In this document: positions 62,161 to 64,000 of the stretch, in pieces | Position numbering within the stretch: the first letter of the stretch is position 1 | Layout: every line of letters starts with the position of its first letter | From: Elusimicrobiales bacterium | GTDB taxonomy: Bacteria; Elusimicrobiota; Elusimicrobia; Elusimicrobiales; UBA9959 | NCBI GenBank assembly: GCA_038204165.1 | Contig: JBBRDG010000004.1 | Span: forward strand, 4,330-68,329 | Direction of reading: 5' to 3' | Length of the DNA: 64,000 nucleotides | The notes under the pieces: generated by a model | Seen by the model: the letters and a program-made list of their open reading frames with translations, nothing else | Database searches by the model: none | Told to the model about the DNA's origin: nothing | Translations under genes and position numbers: made by a program

Positions 62161-64000
62161 AGACCGCGCCGGCGCTCACCGGGGCCGCGGCCCTGTACTG
62201 CGCGCTGGCGCTGTGCCCTTTCACGTACGCCTCCCCCGCTGACCTCGTCCGCGCCAGGGAAGCCGCGGCCGCAGGCTCGGAAACGATAGCCTTGGAACTA
62301 GCCCTGGAAGGCTTCAAGGCCGACCCCGCCGACCGTGAGCTTTTTCTTTACGCGGTGGAGTTGCTGCCGGAAAAGCCCTCCCGGTATGCCCCGCAGCTGG
62401 CCGAACAGGCTAACGCCCTTATAGTAAGGAAGGGCGAAGATTCCGCCGGCTACCTTGGCCTCTGCAAAGCGCAGCGTTCCTCCGCCCGCACTGAGGAAGC
62501 GCTTTCCAACTGCAAGAAAGCCCTGGAACTCGATCCCACCTTCTACCCCGTATACCGCGAACTGGGCCTAACCTGGGCGGCGGCCGGGAACACCCGCAAA
62601 GCGGAGGAAACCCTTGCGCTTGGCGTTGAGATCTCCTCCTCCAGCTATAAAGCGTTCTACAACCTGGCCAGGCAGCAGGAAACCCTCGGCGGAAACAGCC
62701 GCGCCGCAGCCTCTTACTCCAAGGGCCTGGCCCTGGCGGGACGCTATCCCGGCCCTGACGCGCGGCGCTACAAGGCGCTGCTGAAAGCAGGGCTCAGACG
62801 TACGGCTAATAAAGCAGAAAAAAAAGCCCGAGCTAAACCGGCAGCACCGGCTGCCCCGACCGCCCCGGCGCGCAAAGAACAGGCCGCCGCCTGCCTGGCA
62901 AAGTTCAAGGAACTAGTTTCGCAAGGCGACACGGCGGCGGCGGCGGCCCAGAGCGAAGCCTGCCTTAAGCTTTCCCCCTCCGACCCCGGCCTGGCCGCGG
63001 GCCGCGCGCCGCTGCTGGTGCGCCTTGGCAAGTACGAAGACGGGGTAAAAGAGTACACCCGCGCCGCGGAGCTGTACGGGCCGCGAAAGGACATGGCCGC
63101 CTTCTGCCGGGTCAAAGCCGCGGAAACCTGGATCAAGCTGGAGAAACCCGCGAAAGCCATAGAACAATACAACCTGGCGCTGGCCGCCAACCCCGGAGAC
63201 ATTAACGCCCTGAAGGGCCTGGCCTCCGCGCTCGAAGCCCGCGGGGATGTGAACAGCGCTATAACGGTTTACGAAAAGATCATTAAGCTATCCCCGTCCG
63301 ACAACAAGATCCGCGCCCGCCGGGACGAGTTGAACGCTTCACGGCTGACTAACGACGAGATGCTGGCGGAACTGCTGCTTCGCCAGGCCATAGACGCGCG
63401 AAAAACAGCGCTGCTGCCCGAAGATATACTGCTTTTTAAGGCTATCAAGACAGCCGAGATCAGCGGCGCGGTGGACATGCTTAAAGCCAAGGCCCGCTCC
63501 TCAAGGGGCCTGGTTACGGAAAAGAAAACAGCAACAGGCACAAGGCTGCTACTTACGGGGGCCGGCTACAAGGCTTACAATTTCTACGCCACGCGGGAAG
63601 CCGTAAAATTCTTCGAGAAGCAGGGCGTGGGCCTGCGCGAAATGTTCAAACTTCGCTCGCTGACCGGCGCCCCACTTTTTAACGCGGCGGGCAGACTTAC
63701 CTACGAAGGAGAGGACGCCTGGCGGAAATCCGTCGCAGGAGAGAAGAACTGGCTTTTAAGCTACGAACCGGTACCGCAGAGCCCGACGGCGCTGAAAGCC
63801 GAGAAGGACGTGCAGGAATTTACCGGGCATGGCTACGAAGAGATTTCCGAACCCGAATACCTCTGGCTGATGCGCTATACCGACTGTCCGGAAGACGTGC
63901 TGCTCGCCACCCCGCTGAATATGAAAACCACTACGGACGGGGCCCGCATGCGCTACTTCATGTGCTTCCAGGAAAGAGACCCCTGCATGAACATGGTAAA
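62157..64000 (+). CDS. TPR-repeat protein with an unknown C-terminal region (3' end outside window)
   Basis: Not in the ORF track because it has no stop in the window. GTG at 62157 overlaps the dcd stop (GTGA), and the frame stays open to 64000. Signal-like N-terminus ([15 protein letters not shown]), TPR signatures ([36 protein letters not shown]) and an Ala/Pro/Lys linker. Confidence 0.65.
   Translation, partial: MKTAPALTGAAALYCALALCPFTYASPADLVRAREAAAAGSETIALELALEGFKADPADRELFLYAVELLPEKPSRYAPQLAEQANALIVRKGEDSAGYLGLCKAQRSSARTEEALSNCKKALELDPTFYPVYRELGLTWAAAGNTRKAEETLALGVEISSSSYKAFYNLARQQETLGGNSRAAASYSKGLALAGRYPGPDARRYKALLKAGLRRTANKAEKKARAKPAAPAAPTAPARKEQAAACLAKFKELVSQGDTAAAAAQSEACLKLSPSDPGLAAGRAPLLVRLGKYEDGVKEYTRAAELYGPRKDMAAFCRVKAAETWIKLEKPAKAIEQYNLALAANPGDINALKGLASALEARGDVNSAITVYEKIIKLSPSDNKIRARRDELNASRLTNDEMLAELLLRQAIDARKTALLPEDILLFKAIKTAEISGAVDMLKAKARSSRGLVTEKKTATGTRLLLTGAGYKAYNFYATREAVKFFEKQGVGLREMFKLRSLTGAPLFNAAGRLTYEGEDAWRKSVAGEKNWLLSYEPVPQSPTALKAEKDVQEFTGHGYEEISEPEYLWLMRYTDCPEDVLLATPLNMKTTTDGARMRYFMCFQERDPCMNMV

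Noticed and set aside
1-64000. Mobile element, prophage, defence island or horizontally acquired segment
   Set aside because: No integrase, transposase, phage, restriction, toxin-antitoxin or Cas-like products were recognised. Composition looks uniform by eye except for short AT-rich spacers. The tRNA-adjacent repeats are the only possible scars, and they are reported separately.

Overview
This 64-kb window is a visibly GC-rich, gene-dense chromosomal segment. It probably comes from an anaerobic or microaerophilic diderm bacterium. The lineage cannot be determined without database searches.

I recognise about 59 protein genes and 3 tRNAs (Tyr-GTA, Leu-CAG, Ser-GGA). I see no rRNA, no CRISPR array, and no transposase, integrase, phage or known defence genes.

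Gene blocks, in order:
1. Nitrite/NO block: hcp C-terminal fragment, cupin, ccsB-ccsA, nrfH-nrfA, and a DUF438 hemerythrin/PAS protein with DUF1858.
2. Nickel ECF importer (nikMN-Q-O) with nikR.
3. A ClC channel.
4. A minus-strand operon made of a structured leader, a DUF1646-like cation transporter, a sensor-fused otsA, otsB and a histidine kinase.
5. argF.
6. A lone RND pump flanked by a lipoprotein and a Trp-rich secreted protein.
7. Oxidative-stress block: bfr, sod, an AhpF-like reductase, a receiver and a cNMP-binding protein.
8. An FAD protein, a DUF882/M15 peptidase and a C11 peptidase.
9. hypC-D-E, a membrane protein, and hypF.
10. A tRNA island with odd repeats, then pilD and pilA.
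11. smpB, then a minus-strand run of an outer-membrane protein (OMP), pilB, DUF192, an S8 protease, a secreted protein, a HAD hydrolase and efp.
12. htpX-lemA, pepP, rsmA and murC.
13. A P-loop-less THEP1-like protein, a TPR protein, a LysM/FecR protein and a histidine kinase.
14. rdgB, a large TPR/PQ-linker protein, a second C11 peptidase, a squalene/phytoene-synthase-like gene, dcd, and an open-ended TPR ORF that is missing from the ORF track.

The most interesting candidate is the leader-controlled osmostress/salt operon at about 10650-16300.

All family assignments come from motif reading and memory, not searches. CDS coordinates follow the ORF track, with starts re-judged from RBS context. 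Non-CDS coordinates were hand-counted and may be off by 1-2 nt. In at least one homopolymer run my count disagreed with the ORF track by 1 nt.
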